Below are positions 50,745 through 60,776 of a DNA stretch of 64,000 nt, piece after piece (within the stretch, counting starts at the first letter, position 1; every line of letters begins with the position of its first letter). The stretch covers positions 12,252-76,251 of the forward strand of contig JAAYDU010000008.1 in assembly GCA_012729095.1 (NCBI GenBank). Reading direction: 5' to 3'. The DNA comes from Methanobacteriota archaeon (GTDB lineage Archaea; Thermoplasmatota; Thermoplasmata; Methanomassiliicoccales; UBA472). Made by a program: the position numbers and the translations under genes. The notes under the pieces were generated by a model. It saw only the letters and a list, made by a program, of their open reading frames with translations. It had not been told where the DNA came from and ran no database searches.

Positions 50745-51452
50745 TTAATCCTTATCCTGCGAGCTTACGCACTTTATCCCGAAGAAGCGCCCCATTGCCG
50801 CCTGCATGTCCTTCTTAGAGACAGCGTGGAAAGGATCACAGCCCTCGGGACTGTCCAGATAAACATAGTCGGGGCATATCTCCCGGCATATCTGAGAGAT
50901 GCCCTCAATGCCCGACAGGTTCTCCCGGACCAGGTTGACCTGCACACGGAAGGAGCCCCTGAAGCCCTTCCTTGCCTTCCTGATGCCGTCAAGGACATCC
51001 TGGAAATCCACTGAGGGATGCGGCCTGTTGACCGTTCTGAACATTTCCTCACTGGCGGCGTCCAGCTTGACGATGATGATGTCGAAGACGTCCAACTGGG
51101 ACAGTACCTCGGGATCACTGAGAAGCGTCCCGTTGGTGAACAGTGCCACCTTCTTCTCCGAACGCTCATGGATGGCCCTCGCCATGTCGAATATGTTCCG
51201 GGCGAGCAGGGGCTCTCCGGTCCCCTTGAAAATGACCGCCTCGCACTCCTCGCGGTGCATACACTCCCCCATCTGCTCGATGATAGAGGCCTCGTCAATG
51301 AAGTCGGCCCTCTCCAGAAGCACGATGCCGCCGCTCCCCAGGCGGCAATAGATGCAGTTCATGTTGCACACCTTGGGCGAACGGCTTATGGGATCCACTG
51401 CCACAACCTTTCCCAAGCCCAGGGACCTGATAGGCCCGTAAACGATCCTCAT
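50745..51452 (-). CDS. Radical SAM protein
   Basis: YGP..S..LG, CNMNCIYC, GEP, TNGTL, KLDA. Confidence 0.85.
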   Translation of the reverse strand: MRIVYGPIRSLGLGKVVAVDPISRSPKVCNMNCIYCRLGSGGIVLLERADFIDEASIIEQMGECMHREECEAVIFKGTGEPLLARNIFDMARAIHERSEKKVALFTNGTLLSDPEVLSQLDVFDIIIVKLDAASEEMFRTVNRPHPSVDFQDVLDGIRKARKGFRGSFRVQVNLVRENLSGIEGISQICREICPDYVYLDSPEGCDPFHAVSKKDMQAAMGRFFGIKCVSSQDKD

Positions 51453-51503
51453 AATCTTTCTCGGTCGTCACTAGGGAAGGGTATAGGACATAAATGTTTG
51501 GGG

Positions 51504-51728
51504 TCAGTCCTGTTTGGTACTGTCCAAGAACTCGTTCCAGAGCTGGAGCGTTTCCCGGGCCTCCTCCTCGTCGACCTTCTGGATGGCGAACCCGGCGTGG
51601 ATGATCACGTACTCCCCCACCTCGGCCTTCACCATGGAAAGGTTGGTCTTCCTTATCGCACCACCGAAGTCCACCTCGGCCTCATCGCCCTTGATGGACA
51701 GTATCTTTGCTGGCATAGCTAGGCACAT
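51504..51728 (-). CDS. hypC: [NiFe]-hydrogenase maturation chaperone
   Basis: MCLAMPA...VDFGG...IHAGFAI. Confidence 0.93.
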   Translation of the reverse strand: MCLAMPAKILSIKGDEAEVDFGGAIRKTNLSMVKAEVGEYVIIHAGFAIQKVDEEEARETLQLWNEFLDSTKQD

Positions 51729-51733
51729 AACGA

Positions 51734-52102
51734 TCACCCGGACATTATCTTCAAAATGGCCTCGGCGGGCTGGCCGTCGCATTCCAGCAACGCCTGCACC
51801 GCCTTCTCCTGGGAGGCACCGGTCTGGGACATCACCAACTGTATGTCCTCCTCGGGGATCCCAGGAGCCTCCTCCTTGGGCGCCTGGCGATCACGGACCT
51901 CCGTCTCACCGGCCACCTGGTAGCTCTTCTGGCCCTGCATGGTTATGCAGGTGACCGCCGCGTCCTTTATGACGTACTCCTTATCGGCGGTCCTGATCAC
52001 GACCTCCTCCACGCCCTTCATCTCCTCCTGGGAGATGCCCATGCGCTTCATGGCCTGCTTCATCTGGCGCGGATTGACGCCCCTACCCATTCCTGGCATC
52101 AT
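51734..52102 (-). CDS. nac: Archaeal nascent polypeptide-associated complex protein
   Basis: NPRQMKQAMKRMGI; UBA-like EDIQLVMSQTG...AEAI. Confidence 0.92.
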   Translation of the reverse strand: MMPGMGRGVNPRQMKQAMKRMGISQEEMKGVEEVVIRTADKEYVIKDAAVTCITMQGQKSYQVAGETEVRDRQAPKEEAPGIPEEDIQLVMSQTGASQEKAVQALLECDGQPAEAILKIMSG

Positions 52103-52162
52103 CTGATCGCTCGACGGATTATTCCTGCCTGTATAAAAACAGTTGGGATTATTCAGCGCCTC

Positions 52163-52840
52163 TCAGAACAGTGTGGTCTGCTGCACCCGATGCGGCAGCA
52201 CCATGTCAGGATGGTCGGAACGGGAATCGTTCACCATGTCGGAGACGGGATAAGCATCGATGCAGGAGGATGGCAGCGGCTCGAAGATCTCCGACATGGA
52301 ATCGGCGGAAAGGACCTCTGTGGAGACCCACTCCCCCTCCCTTTCCTGGCGCAGGATCACCGGCATGCGGTCGTGTATCGGGGCCAGGGTATCGTTGGCG
52401 GCGGTGGTGAGTATGGAGAACGTTATCAGCTCCTTCCCCTCCCGGGACCAAGTGTCGTAAATGCCGGCCATGGCGAAGAACTCCTGCCCCCTCACCCTGA
52501 CATGAAAGGGACGCCGCCTACTTCCCTGCCTCTGCCACTCGTAGAACCCGGTGGCCGGGACCAGACACCTCTGGCGGTTCAGGAGGGGTTTGAACATGGG
52601 CTTCTCCAGGGCGGACTCGGAACGGACGTTTATGAGCTTGAGCCCGAACTCCTCTCCCTTGGCCCAGTGAGGGACCAGCCCCCATCTCATGCGCCTGATG
52701 CTCTTAGACCCTCCGCCCACGATAACCGGGACCTGCTGGAAGGGGGCGATGTTGTAGCGCGGCTTTATGCTGGGATCCTCGGGGACCCCGAAACGGGTCG
52801 AGAAGCCGTATACCAGGCCGAGGGAGAAGCGGCCACACAT
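52163..52840 (-). CDS. SRAP/HMCES abasic-site processing protein
   Basis: MCGRF, RYNIAP, GFYEW, IHDRMP. Confidence 0.93.
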   Translation of the reverse strand: MCGRFSLGLVYGFSTRFGVPEDPSIKPRYNIAPFQQVPVIVGGGSKSIRRMRWGLVPHWAKGEEFGLKLINVRSESALEKPMFKPLLNRQRCLVPATGFYEWQRQGSRRRPFHVRVRGQEFFAMAGIYDTWSREGKELITFSILTTAANDTLAPIHDRMPVILRQEREGEWVSTEVLSADSMSEIFEPLPSSCIDAYPVSDMVNDSRSDHPDMVLPHRVQQTTLF

Positions 52841-52898
52841 GGTACATCATTGAACACGGAGGGGAAAAAGCTTTAGGAAGGGGTTTTTAGGGCCCGCG

Positions 52899-54242
52899 TC
52901 ACAGGACCCGGAGGTACCTCTGCAGCTCCCAGTCGGTGACGTGCGTGCGGTAGTCGTCCCACTCCAGGCGCTTTATGTGCAGGTAGTGATTGAAGATATG
53001 CTCGCCCATGGCCTCCTTCATCACCTTGCTCTCCGCGAGCACGTCGAGGGCCTTTCCCATATCCATGGGCAGGTCCACGATCCTGTTCCTGCGGCGCTCG
53101 TCGGGGGACATGTGGTATATGTCCTTCTCGATGGGATCGCCGGGGTCGAGCTTGTTCTTTATGCCGTCCAGACCGGCCGCGAGCATCACCGCGAACTGCA
53201 GGTAGGGGTTTCCGGCCGGATCGGGGTTTCTCTGCTCCACCCTGGTTCGCATTCCGCGGCCGGCGGGCACCCTCAACAGGGCGCTGCGGTTCATGTTGGC
53301 CCAGGAGATATAGCATGGCGCCTCATACCCCGGAACCAGCCTCTTGTAGGAGTTCACGTGCGATGCCAGCACAGCGCAGTTGGCCGGGGCGTGGGCCAGC
53401 AGTCCGCCCATGTAGTTCATGGCCATCTCGCTCAGGCCCCATTTGCCTTCGGGATCGTAGAAGGCGTTCTTGTCCTTGTTGGACAGGGACATGTGCACGT
53501 GCATGCCTGAACCGTTCTCCCCGTACAGCGGCTTGGGCATGAAGCTGGCATACAGGCCGTGCTTCATGGCTATGGACTTCACGCCGAACTTCAGCGTGAG
53601 CATGCGGTCCGCCATGGTCAAGGCGTCCTGGTAGCGCAGGTCTATCTCCAGCTGCCCGGGCGCCACCTCGTGATGGGAGGCCTCCATGTCATATCCCAGT
53701 TCATCGAATGCCAGGACCATCTCCTTCCTGGCGACCTCCCCCTTGTCCTGGGGCATGAGGTCGAAGTATCCGCCAGCGTCCGCGGGTATGGGCACGGGCA
53801 CACCGTTCTGCATGGGGAACATGAAGAACTCGAACTCCGGACCCACGTTGAAGTCGTAACCCATGTCCTTGACCTTCTCCACCATCTTCTCCAGGGCCCA
53901 GCGGGGATCCCCCTTGAAGCGGTTGTCGCTGTGATCGGATATGGTGCACATGAAGCGTGCGGTCTTGACCCCGGAATCTATCCAAGGGTAGATCTGAAAG
54001 GAATCCAGTATGGGTTTGGCCCTCATATCGGATTCCTCGATGGTCGCGTACCCCAATATCGAGGAGCCGTCAAGGAAGACGCCGTCGTCGATGACGCTTT
54101 CCACCCTGGTGGTGGGTATGGAGACGCTCTTCACCGTTCCCAGTATGTCCGAGAACTGCATCTCTATGAACTTGACGTTCTCCTTTTTCACCTTCTTTAA
54201 GATGTCCTGCTTCATCTCATCGAAGTTCTTGTCGGTAGGCAT
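52899..54242 (-). CDS. glnA: Glutamine synthetase type I
   Basis: DGSSI.G, HHEVAPGQ, MPKP..G.NGSGMH, SYKRLVPGYEAP. Confidence 0.96.
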   Translation of the reverse strand: MPTDKNFDEMKQDILKKVKKENVKFIEMQFSDILGTVKSVSIPTTRVESVIDDGVFLDGSSILGYATIEESDMRAKPILDSFQIYPWIDSGVKTARFMCTISDHSDNRFKGDPRWALEKMVEKVKDMGYDFNVGPEFEFFMFPMQNGVPVPIPADAGGYFDLMPQDKGEVARKEMVLAFDELGYDMEASHHEVAPGQLEIDLRYQDALTMADRMLTLKFGVKSIAMKHGLYASFMPKPLYGENGSGMHVHMSLSNKDKNAFYDPEGKWGLSEMAMNYMGGLLAHAPANCAVLASHVNSYKRLVPGYEAPCYISWANMNRSALLRVPAGRGMRTRVEQRNPDPAGNPYLQFAVMLAAGLDGIKNKLDPGDPIEKDIYHMSPDERRRNRIVDLPMDMGKALDVLAESKVMKEAMGEHIFNHYLHIKRLEWDDYRTHVTDWELQRYLRVL

Positions 54243-54318
54243 TGGAAGTGGGTTACTACGACATGTATTAAATAACTTTCTAGGCAACAAATGTGCATCT
54301 ATGAGTAGACTATCTATG

Positions 54319-54355
54319 CATTTGTATATTTTCTAATATTTTAGGTATACAAATG
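54319..54355. repeat. 10-bp perfect inverted repeat CATTTGTATA-N17-TATACAAATG upstream of glnA
   Basis: Arms 54319-54328 and 54346-54355; another ACAAATG at 54287-54293. Confidence 0.7.
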
Positions 54356-54373
54356 AGTGTGTTTTTGATAATT

Positions 54374-55546
54374 TTATTGATTTTTGAGCAGACGAACCAA
54401 TTCATCGAGGATGACGCCTGGCTCCACAAGACCAGAGGTCCCTCCGCTGGCGAAGTTGGACTTGCCCCCTCCCCTTCCTCCATGCGGTGAGAGCAGGGTG
54501 TTGAGAAGGGACGCGCAGTCCAGCTTCATGTCCCCTGAACATGCCAGTACCAGGAACGTTCTGTCGTCCTGGCAGATCAGCGCCGCCACTGCACCTCCGG
54601 AGGCCACCATCTCGCTGGCCTTTTCCATCACAAGCTTGCGGTCAAGACCGGAGAAGGACCCCGAGAACAGTTTCCATTCCCCCACCTGCCGGGGCTGCAG
54701 TGAGGAGAGCGCCAGCTTCCCATACGTCCTCAGAGCTTCCCTGGCCCTGACCAGCTCCCGTTCCCGGTTGTCGAAGGCGGTCAGGCTGTCCCGGGGAAGG
54801 GATCCCATCCTCTCGGCCAACATCAGCGAGCGCACCGTGTGGTCAACTGCCAGGCTTACCGCGTCCGGACCCACCAGGAACTCTATCTCCCAATCCCCGG
54901 CCGGCTTGGCCGAGGTGAACTTGCTGACCAGGAGCATCCCGATCTCCTTGGCATCGCCCAGGTGCACTCCGGCGCAGGCCGCGCTGTCATGATCGCCGAT
55001 GCTCACCACCCGTACCATATCACCGCTTATGCGGTCCAGCTTCGCGCGCGGGCCGTCCTCCTTCATATCCCCCCGGGCGACCTGCTGACACCGGACCGCC
55101 GCTCCCTCGGCGATGATGGCGTTGACCTCCAGCACGGCATCCTTCACCAGGTCCCAGTCCAGATGCCCCTTCACGATCAGCACCTTCCTTTCTCGGGACA
55201 ATGATATCTTGACCAGCTCCAGCTCGGTGCGTTTGGACAGAGAGTGGAACAGCAGGTGCTCGCCCGTATGCGCCCTCATGAGAGCATAGCGATACTCCCA
55301 GTCCAGTTCCCCCTTGACCTTCGCGCCTACGGCCAGAGCGTGCCCGGGGACCTGATGGGATATCTCCTCCTTGCCCTTGACATCGGTGACCTGCAGCCCG
55401 TCGAGCTTGCCGCGGTCCCGCTCCTGACCCCCTCCGCCCGGATAGAAGACGGTGCGGTCCAGGACAACCCAGTCCCCTTCCACCTTGGTCACGGTGGCGG
55501 CGAACTCCTTGAGATACGGGTCGGACTGGTAAAGCTTCTCGGTCAT
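54374..55546 (-). CDS. alaX: AlaX-type tRNA editing protein with C-terminal DHHA1
   Basis: FYPGGGGQ..D, HTGEH, CAGVH, GGRGGG. Confidence 0.85.
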   Translation of the reverse strand: MTEKLYQSDPYLKEFAATVTKVEGDWVVLDRTVFYPGGGGQERDRGKLDGLQVTDVKGKEEISHQVPGHALAVGAKVKGELDWEYRYALMRAHTGEHLLFHSLSKRTELELVKISLSRERKVLIVKGHLDWDLVKDAVLEVNAIIAEGAAVRCQQVARGDMKEDGPRAKLDRISGDMVRVVSIGDHDSAACAGVHLGDAKEIGMLLVSKFTSAKPAGDWEIEFLVGPDAVSLAVDHTVRSLMLAERMGSLPRDSLTAFDNRERELVRAREALRTYGKLALSSLQPRQVGEWKLFSGSFSGLDRKLVMEKASEMVASGGAVAALICQDDRTFLVLACSGDMKLDCASLLNTLLSPHGGRGGGKSNFASGGTSGLVEPGVILDELVRLLKNQ

Positions 55547-55683
55547 GAACCGGGGATGGCGTAATTCCCGTAAATAGTCCACGCCGTGCTTATAAAAAGG
55601 CCGATTAGACAATTGCGCACATTGTTCATACACTTAAAAGACATATATCTAAGGAAGGCGTTTAGAGAAAGGAGAACAGGGCG

Positions 55684-56154
55684 TTGATCATGCTCGACGA
55701 ATTGGACAAGAGGATCATCGAGGAGCTGTGCAGGTCCAGCCAGGGATCGTCAAGGGCCATAGCCAAGAGGCTGGGGATACATCCCACTACCCTCATACAG
55801 CGCGTGCGCAACCTGGAGAGCCAGAACGTGATACGCGGCTACCGAGCCAACGTTGACTACATGAAGCTGGGCTATGAGTTCATGGCCATAGTGCACATCT
55901 ACGTGGAAGGGGACCTCATAAACGTCCAGCAGAGCATAAAGGAACTGAAGAACGTGGTGGCGGTCCTGGACGTCACCGGCGAGTGTGATTCAATAGCCTG
56001 GGTGGCCTGTCGCTCCCGGGAGGAGTTCAGCCAGGTCGTCAAGTCCATGCTGACCATAAAGGGAGTGAAGAAGACCAACACCTACGTCATATTGAACGTG
56101 ATCAAGGACCCCTTCAACTTCCTGCCGGACTTTAGCCCGGTCGATCAGAAGTGA
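55684..56154 (+). CDS. Lrp/AsnC family transcription regulator
   Basis: LDELDKRII...HTH...VIRGY...DVTGECD. Confidence 0.9.
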   Translation: MIMLDELDKRIIEELCRSSQGSSRAIAKRLGIHPTTLIQRVRNLESQNVIRGYRANVDYMKLGYEFMAIVHIYVEGDLINVQQSIKELKNVVAVLDVTGECDSIAWVACRSREEFSQVVKSMLTIKGVKKTNTYVILNVIKDPFNFLPDFSPVDQK

Positions 56155-56314
56155 TGGGGGCAATCCGCCCGCCTAGCTTTATATATCTTGGCAATGTGGA
56201 CGGTCAGATCCAATTAATTTGCCATTAATGGTCTTTTTGCCATTCGTACGGTAGATAAGGGTTTAATAGAGCATCCACGTTACTCCGCCTCACCGACCAT
56301 ATCCAACCAGAGGA

Positions 56315-58135
56315 ATGGAAATGTTAAGGACACACCATTGCGGAGAACTGACGAAAGGGGACCTTGGCAAGAGAGCGACCCTCGCCGGTTGGGTAAGGTT
56401 CTACAGGGACCATGGAGGAGTTCTGTTCTATGACATAGCGGACTCCCATGGGAGCACCCAGGCGGTGTTCGACCCTGTGGCCACCAACAGCGAGGACTTG
56501 GACCGGTTGGAGAAAGTCCTCAATAATATCGGTCGGGAGTACGTGATCACCGTCACTGGAGTAGTGCGGGACAGGGTGGAGGGCACCACCGACGCGCGTA
56601 ACCCCACGGGAGAGATAGAGGTGCTTATCGAGGACGCGAAGGTCCTTAACCGCTCCAAACCCATCCCGTTCGAGGTGGCCGAGCAGAAGAACTCCATGCT
56701 GCCCGGAGAGGACCTTAGGCTGAAGTACCGTTACCTGGACCTTCGCCGACGGGAGATGGGTTCCAACCTTCGCTTCCGTTCCAAGCTGATCTCCTGCGCC
56801 CGCCGTTATCTGGAGACGCAGGGGTTCATAGAGGTGGAGACGCCGATGCTCACCCGCAGCAGCCGGGAGGGCGCCAGGGACTTCCTGGTGCCGTCGCGCA
56901 ACATGCCCGGACAGTTCTACGCCCTGCCGCAATCGCCCCAGCTCTACAAGCAGATGCTGATGGTCGGCGGTGTGGAACGCTACTATCAGGTGGCGCGCTG
57001 CTTCCGTGACGAGGACAGCCGTGCGGACCGCCAGCCGGAGTTCACGCAACTTGATATGGAGATGTCCTTCGTGGAGATGGAGGACATCCTGAGCATGGTG
57101 GAGGGCATGTACGCCTATGTCTGGAAGGAGATGTTCGACGAGCACCTTCCCACGCCTTTCCCGCGCATAGAACTGAAGGACTCCCTGGCCAGGTACGGCA
57201 CCGACGCCCCGGACGTGCGTTTCGGGCTGGAGATGGAGGAGGTAACCGACCTGGTGAAGGACGCCCCGTACGAGATCTTCCAGAGGGTGCTGTCCAAGGG
57301 GGGCATGGTCACCTGCATCGATCTCAAGGGGTCCCTGATCAAGGAGCAGGACACGGACGGGTCGGTGGGCCGCAAGCAGGTGGACCGGCTCATAGATTGG
57401 GCCAAGTCACAGGGCATGGGAGGGCTCACCTGGATGCGCATGACCCCCGATGGGCTCTCCTCCAACATCGTCAAGTACTTCCCGGAGGAGGTGCGCCAAG
57501 CCATAGTGGAGCGCACGGACGCCCAGCCCGGGGACCTGCTGCTGTACCTGGCCGGCCCTAGGGAGACCGTGCTGAGGGCCGGAGGGCAGCTGCGCTTGAA
57601 GCTGGCCAAGGACCTGGGATTGTTGGAGGGCAAGGGGCATCAGTTCGTTTGGCTGGTGTCGTGCCCGCTGTTCCAGAAGGACCCGGCCACCGGCGGATTG
57701 ACGTCGTTCCACCATCCCTTCGTGAGGCCGGTGGGGGACGTGATCCCGGAGGGGAAGGATTGCGCCAATGGAATGGGGCACTCCTACGACCTGGTCTTCG
57801 ACGGAAGCGAGATAGGTTCCGGTTCCATGAGGAACCATGATCCGGAGATGCAGCGCAAGGTGTTCGGCATCCTGGGAATGGACGAGGCCACCATGCAGAA
57901 GGAGTTCGACTTCTTACTGGAGGCGCTGGAGTTCGGGGCACCCCCGCACGGAGGAGTGGGCATGGGCGTGGACCGCCTGTGCGCCATGCTCCTGGGATGC
58001 GAGAGCATACGCGACGTCATCGCCTTCCCGAAGAACAAGAAGTTCCAGTCCCTGGTGGACGGCGCGCCCACCAAGGTGGAGGAGGCGAAGCTCTCCGAGC
58101 TGCAGCTGCTCTGCCTGGCGGACGAGGACGATTAA
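56315..58135 (+). CDS. aspS: Bacterial-type aspartyl-tRNA synthetase, probably non-discriminating
   Basis: RTHHCG, RDHGG, EGARDFLVPSR, LPQSPQLYKQ, GAD-like insertion, GAPPHGG; 606 aa. Confidence 0.92.
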   Translation: MEMLRTHHCGELTKGDLGKRATLAGWVRFYRDHGGVLFYDIADSHGSTQAVFDPVATNSEDLDRLEKVLNNIGREYVITVTGVVRDRVEGTTDARNPTGEIEVLIEDAKVLNRSKPIPFEVAEQKNSMLPGEDLRLKYRYLDLRRREMGSNLRFRSKLISCARRYLETQGFIEVETPMLTRSSREGARDFLVPSRNMPGQFYALPQSPQLYKQMLMVGGVERYYQVARCFRDEDSRADRQPEFTQLDMEMSFVEMEDILSMVEGMYAYVWKEMFDEHLPTPFPRIELKDSLARYGTDAPDVRFGLEMEEVTDLVKDAPYEIFQRVLSKGGMVTCIDLKGSLIKEQDTDGSVGRKQVDRLIDWAKSQGMGGLTWMRMTPDGLSSNIVKYFPEEVRQAIVERTDAQPGDLLLYLAGPRETVLRAGGQLRLKLAKDLGLLEGKGHQFVWLVSCPLFQKDPATGGLTSFHHPFVRPVGDVIPEGKDCANGMGHSYDLVFDGSEIGSGSMRNHDPEMQRKVFGILGMDEATMQKEFDFLLEALEFGAPPHGGVGMGVDRLCAMLLGCESIRDVIAFPKNKKFQSLVDGAPTKVEEAKLSELQLLCLADEDD

Positions 58136-59466
58136 ACCCTTTTTTCCAATTCCTTCCTTACCCCTTCCACGACCTCCCTTGAGGAGTACCGGCCCTTGCT
58201 CTCCTTCATCACGTGCCCGATGACCGTGTTGGCCGCCTTGGGGTTCTTCCGATAATCGGCCAGGACCTCCGGGTGCTCGTCTATGAAATCGGAAATGAGC
58301 TTGCCGAGCCCGTCCCCTCCTTCGACGGCCGCCTCCTGCTGCACGCCCGCCAGGGACAGTATGCGGCGCTTGGCCTCCGTGTCGTTTATGAGGCCTTCCG
58401 AATCGTCCTTGACTATCCTCACTATGTCCGGCCACTTGGCCTGGTCCTGCAGCACCGCCCAGTTCCCGGATATCGGTCCAGTGGTCCAGCTGACCGCCCT
58501 TTCGGGAGGCACGTGCAGGCAAAGTTCCTCGAACAGGTCCGTGAGCGAGTGGGACGTCAGCACCAGCTGCTTGGCCGTGGCCTCCCCTATGCCGAAAGAG
58601 GCCACCAGGCGCTTGGCCCGGGCCAGAGGGGTCTCCTTGAGCTCCAGGTTCCTGGCCATCTCCCCGATCCGGAACTCGCCCAGGTCCGGCTCCCCGATGT
58701 AACCATAGTCCTCCTCGGTCTCCTTCTCCCTGGCGGATGTGGTGACCTTCCTTTCCTCGTCGAAGCGACGGGTCTCCCTGACAACCTTCTTGCCGGCCGC
58801 CAGCAGCTTGGACTGCCGGTTCGCTTCGAACCTCAGGGCCTTCTCCAGGTTGCGCAGGCCCTGCACGTTCTTCACCTCCACACGCTCCTCGCCCACCGAA
58901 AGGTTGGCGTCGACCCGCACGGTCTGCTCGTCCTGGGCTTCCAGGCCGCACAGGGAGCGCAGCTCCGTCACAAGCTGGTCTATCAGCGCCCTCGCCTCCT
59001 CGGGAGAGGTCAGGTCAGGCGCGGTGACGATCTCCACCAGCGGTATTCCGGACCGGTTGTAATCTACGAACGCTATCTCCTCCCCGGACCGGCCGACCCG
59101 TTTGATACGGCCGGGATCCTCTTCCAGATGCACGCGCCATATCCCGATGCGCCTTCCGTTGAGGTCGAAGTGGCCGTCCGTGCCCAGAGGGGATTCGTAC
59201 TGGGTGATCTGGAAGTTCTTGGGCAGGTCCGGATAGAAGTATGTCTTGCGGCTGAACCACACCCTTTCCTCGATCTTGCAGTCCAGGAACCTGGCTATGC
59301 TCAGCCCGGCCTCCAGGGCCTTGCGGTTGAGCGCGGGCCGCGACCCCGGATACCCGAGGCATACCGGGCACACGTTATGGTTAGGTTCCGCCGGGGCCGT
59401 CGGGCAGGAGCAGAACAGCTTGGACCTGGTCGGCAGCTGGAAATGCATCTCCAGCCCGATCTTCAT
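58132..59466 (-). CDS. gatB: Asp/Glu-tRNA amidotransferase subunit B
   Basis: IGLEMH, RKTYFYPDLPK, HLEED, DYNRSGIPL. Confidence 0.94.
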   Translation of the reverse strand: MKIGLEMHFQLPTRSKLFCSCPTAPAEPNHNVCPVCLGYPGSRPALNRKALEAGLSIARFLDCKIEERVWFSRKTYFYPDLPKNFQITQYESPLGTDGHFDLNGRRIGIWRVHLEEDPGRIKRVGRSGEEIAFVDYNRSGIPLVEIVTAPDLTSPEEARALIDQLVTELRSLCGLEAQDEQTVRVDANLSVGEERVEVKNVQGLRNLEKALRFEANRQSKLLAAGKKVVRETRRFDEERKVTTSAREKETEEDYGYIGEPDLGEFRIGEMARNLELKETPLARAKRLVASFGIGEATAKQLVLTSHSLTDLFEELCLHVPPERAVSWTTGPISGNWAVLQDQAKWPDIVRIVKDDSEGLINDTEAKRRILSLAGVQQEAAVEGGDGLGKLISDFIDEHPEVLADYRKNPKAANTVIGHVMKESKGRYSSREVVEGVRKELEKRV

Positions 59467-60776
59467 AGGGACACCTCCGGGAAACGGTACTCGAACACGT
59501 TCTCCCAGGCCGAGGCCGCCTCCAGCAGGTCCAGCTCCTTCCAATGGTCGGCCACCATCTGCATGCCCACCGGCAATCCGGCGACGTAAGCGCACGGCAC
59601 CGATATATGCGGCATCCCGGTCAGGTTGGGGGGAACCGTGAGCACGTCGGCCCCGTACATCTCCAGCGGCTTCATGCGCCCGATCTCCTCGAAGCGGGGG
59701 GACACGAAGGGCATGGTGGGGGTGACCACCGCGTCGTGGTCCCTGAACACCTTGCGGTACTCTTCTATAAGGAGTTGCCTGACCGCCAGGGATTTCAGGT
59801 AATAGCGTGAGCGGAAGCCGACCATGCGGCAGAACGTCCCCAGCAGTATCCTTCTCTTGGCCTCGTCCCCGAAGCCCTCGGAGCGCACGCCGGTGAAGAA
59901 ATCGTTGAAGTGCTGGTCGAACTTCTCCTCCCGGCGGCCGAAGCGCATTCCGCAGTAACGGGCCAGGTTGGTGGACGCCTCCGATGTCGCCAGTATGTAA
60001 TAGGCCGGCAGGGCGAAGCGCAGGGAGCCCATGGAGACCTCGTGCACCTCCATGCCCATCCCCTTGAGCTTGCCCAGCGCTTCCTGGAAGGACGAGCGTA
60101 CCGAGGGGTCGAGGTTCTGCAGCGCTTCCCTGGGAACGGCCAGGGACGATGGCATCCTCCCCTTGCCGGCAAGGGCTGGTTGCGCGCAGGACGTGGGGTC
60201 CTTGGGGTCCGGTCCGGCCATGGTGCGGAAATGCCTTGCCACCAGCGATGCCGACCTGGATAGCAGGCCGACCTTGTCCAGGGAGTTGCCGTAATCGATC
60301 AGCCCGTAGCGTGAGACCCTGCCGTAGGTCGGCGTCAGGCCCACCACCCCGCAGAAGGACGCCGGTCCGGATATGGAGCCCCCGGTCGATACCCCGAGGG
60401 CTATGTGACCGGGTATCAGACATGCCGCTGCCCCGGCTCCCCCGGAGGAGCCGCCGCAGCTGCGCTCCCTGTCGAAGGGGTTGAGCGGTACCCCGTGGGC
60501 GGAGTTGGTGCTGAACGTTCCGAAACCGAACTCGTCCATAGTGGTCTTTCCCACAAGCTGGCCCCCAGAACCCTTCATCCTGCCTATGCAAGTGGCATCG
60601 AAGGGGGGACTGTAACCGTCCAGCACGGCAGATCCGGCCCTTGCCTGGAAACCATCCGCGCACAGGTTGTCCTTGGCCGAGAAGTGGAACTTGCCATCTT
60701 CAAGACCCTCCGCGACCTCGGTGAAGGCTAGGTGCTTGGTCTGGGCGTAACGGATTAGACCGTAAGTGTCGCTCAA
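59463..60776 (-). CDS. gatA: Amidotransferase subunit A
   Basis: KDN, GGSSGG, STGGS, YGRVSRYGL, EAKRRILLG. Confidence 0.92.
   Translation of the reverse strand: MSDTYGLIRYAQTKHLAFTEVAEGLEDGKFHFSAKDNLCADGFQARAGSAVLDGYSPPFDATCIGRMKGSGGQLVGKTTMDEFGFGTFSTNSAHGVPLNPFDRERSCGGSSGGAGAAACLIPGHIALGVSTGGSISGPASFCGVVGLTPTYGRVSRYGLIDYGNSLDKVGLLSRSASLVARHFRTMAGPDPKDPTSCAQPALAGKGRMPSSLAVPREALQNLDPSVRSSFQEALGKLKGMGMEVHEVSMGSLRFALPAYYILATSEASTNLARYCGMRFGRREEKFDQHFNDFFTGVRSEGFGDEAKRRILLGTFCRMVGFRSRYYLKSLAVRQLLIEEYRKVFRDHDAVVTPTMPFVSPRFEEIGRMKPLEMYGADVLTVPPNLTGMPHISVPCAYVAGLPVGMQMVADHWKELDLLEAASAWENVFEYRFPEVSL

Noticed and set aside
54244..54257. NrpR operator at glnA
   Set aside because: GGAA-N6-TACT does not match GGAA-N6-TTCC.
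58132..60663. 843-aa GatB and 672-aa GlmS ORF calls
   Set aside because: The N-terminal extensions are off-frame overlaps with upstream genes; conserved starts are 59466 and 19407.
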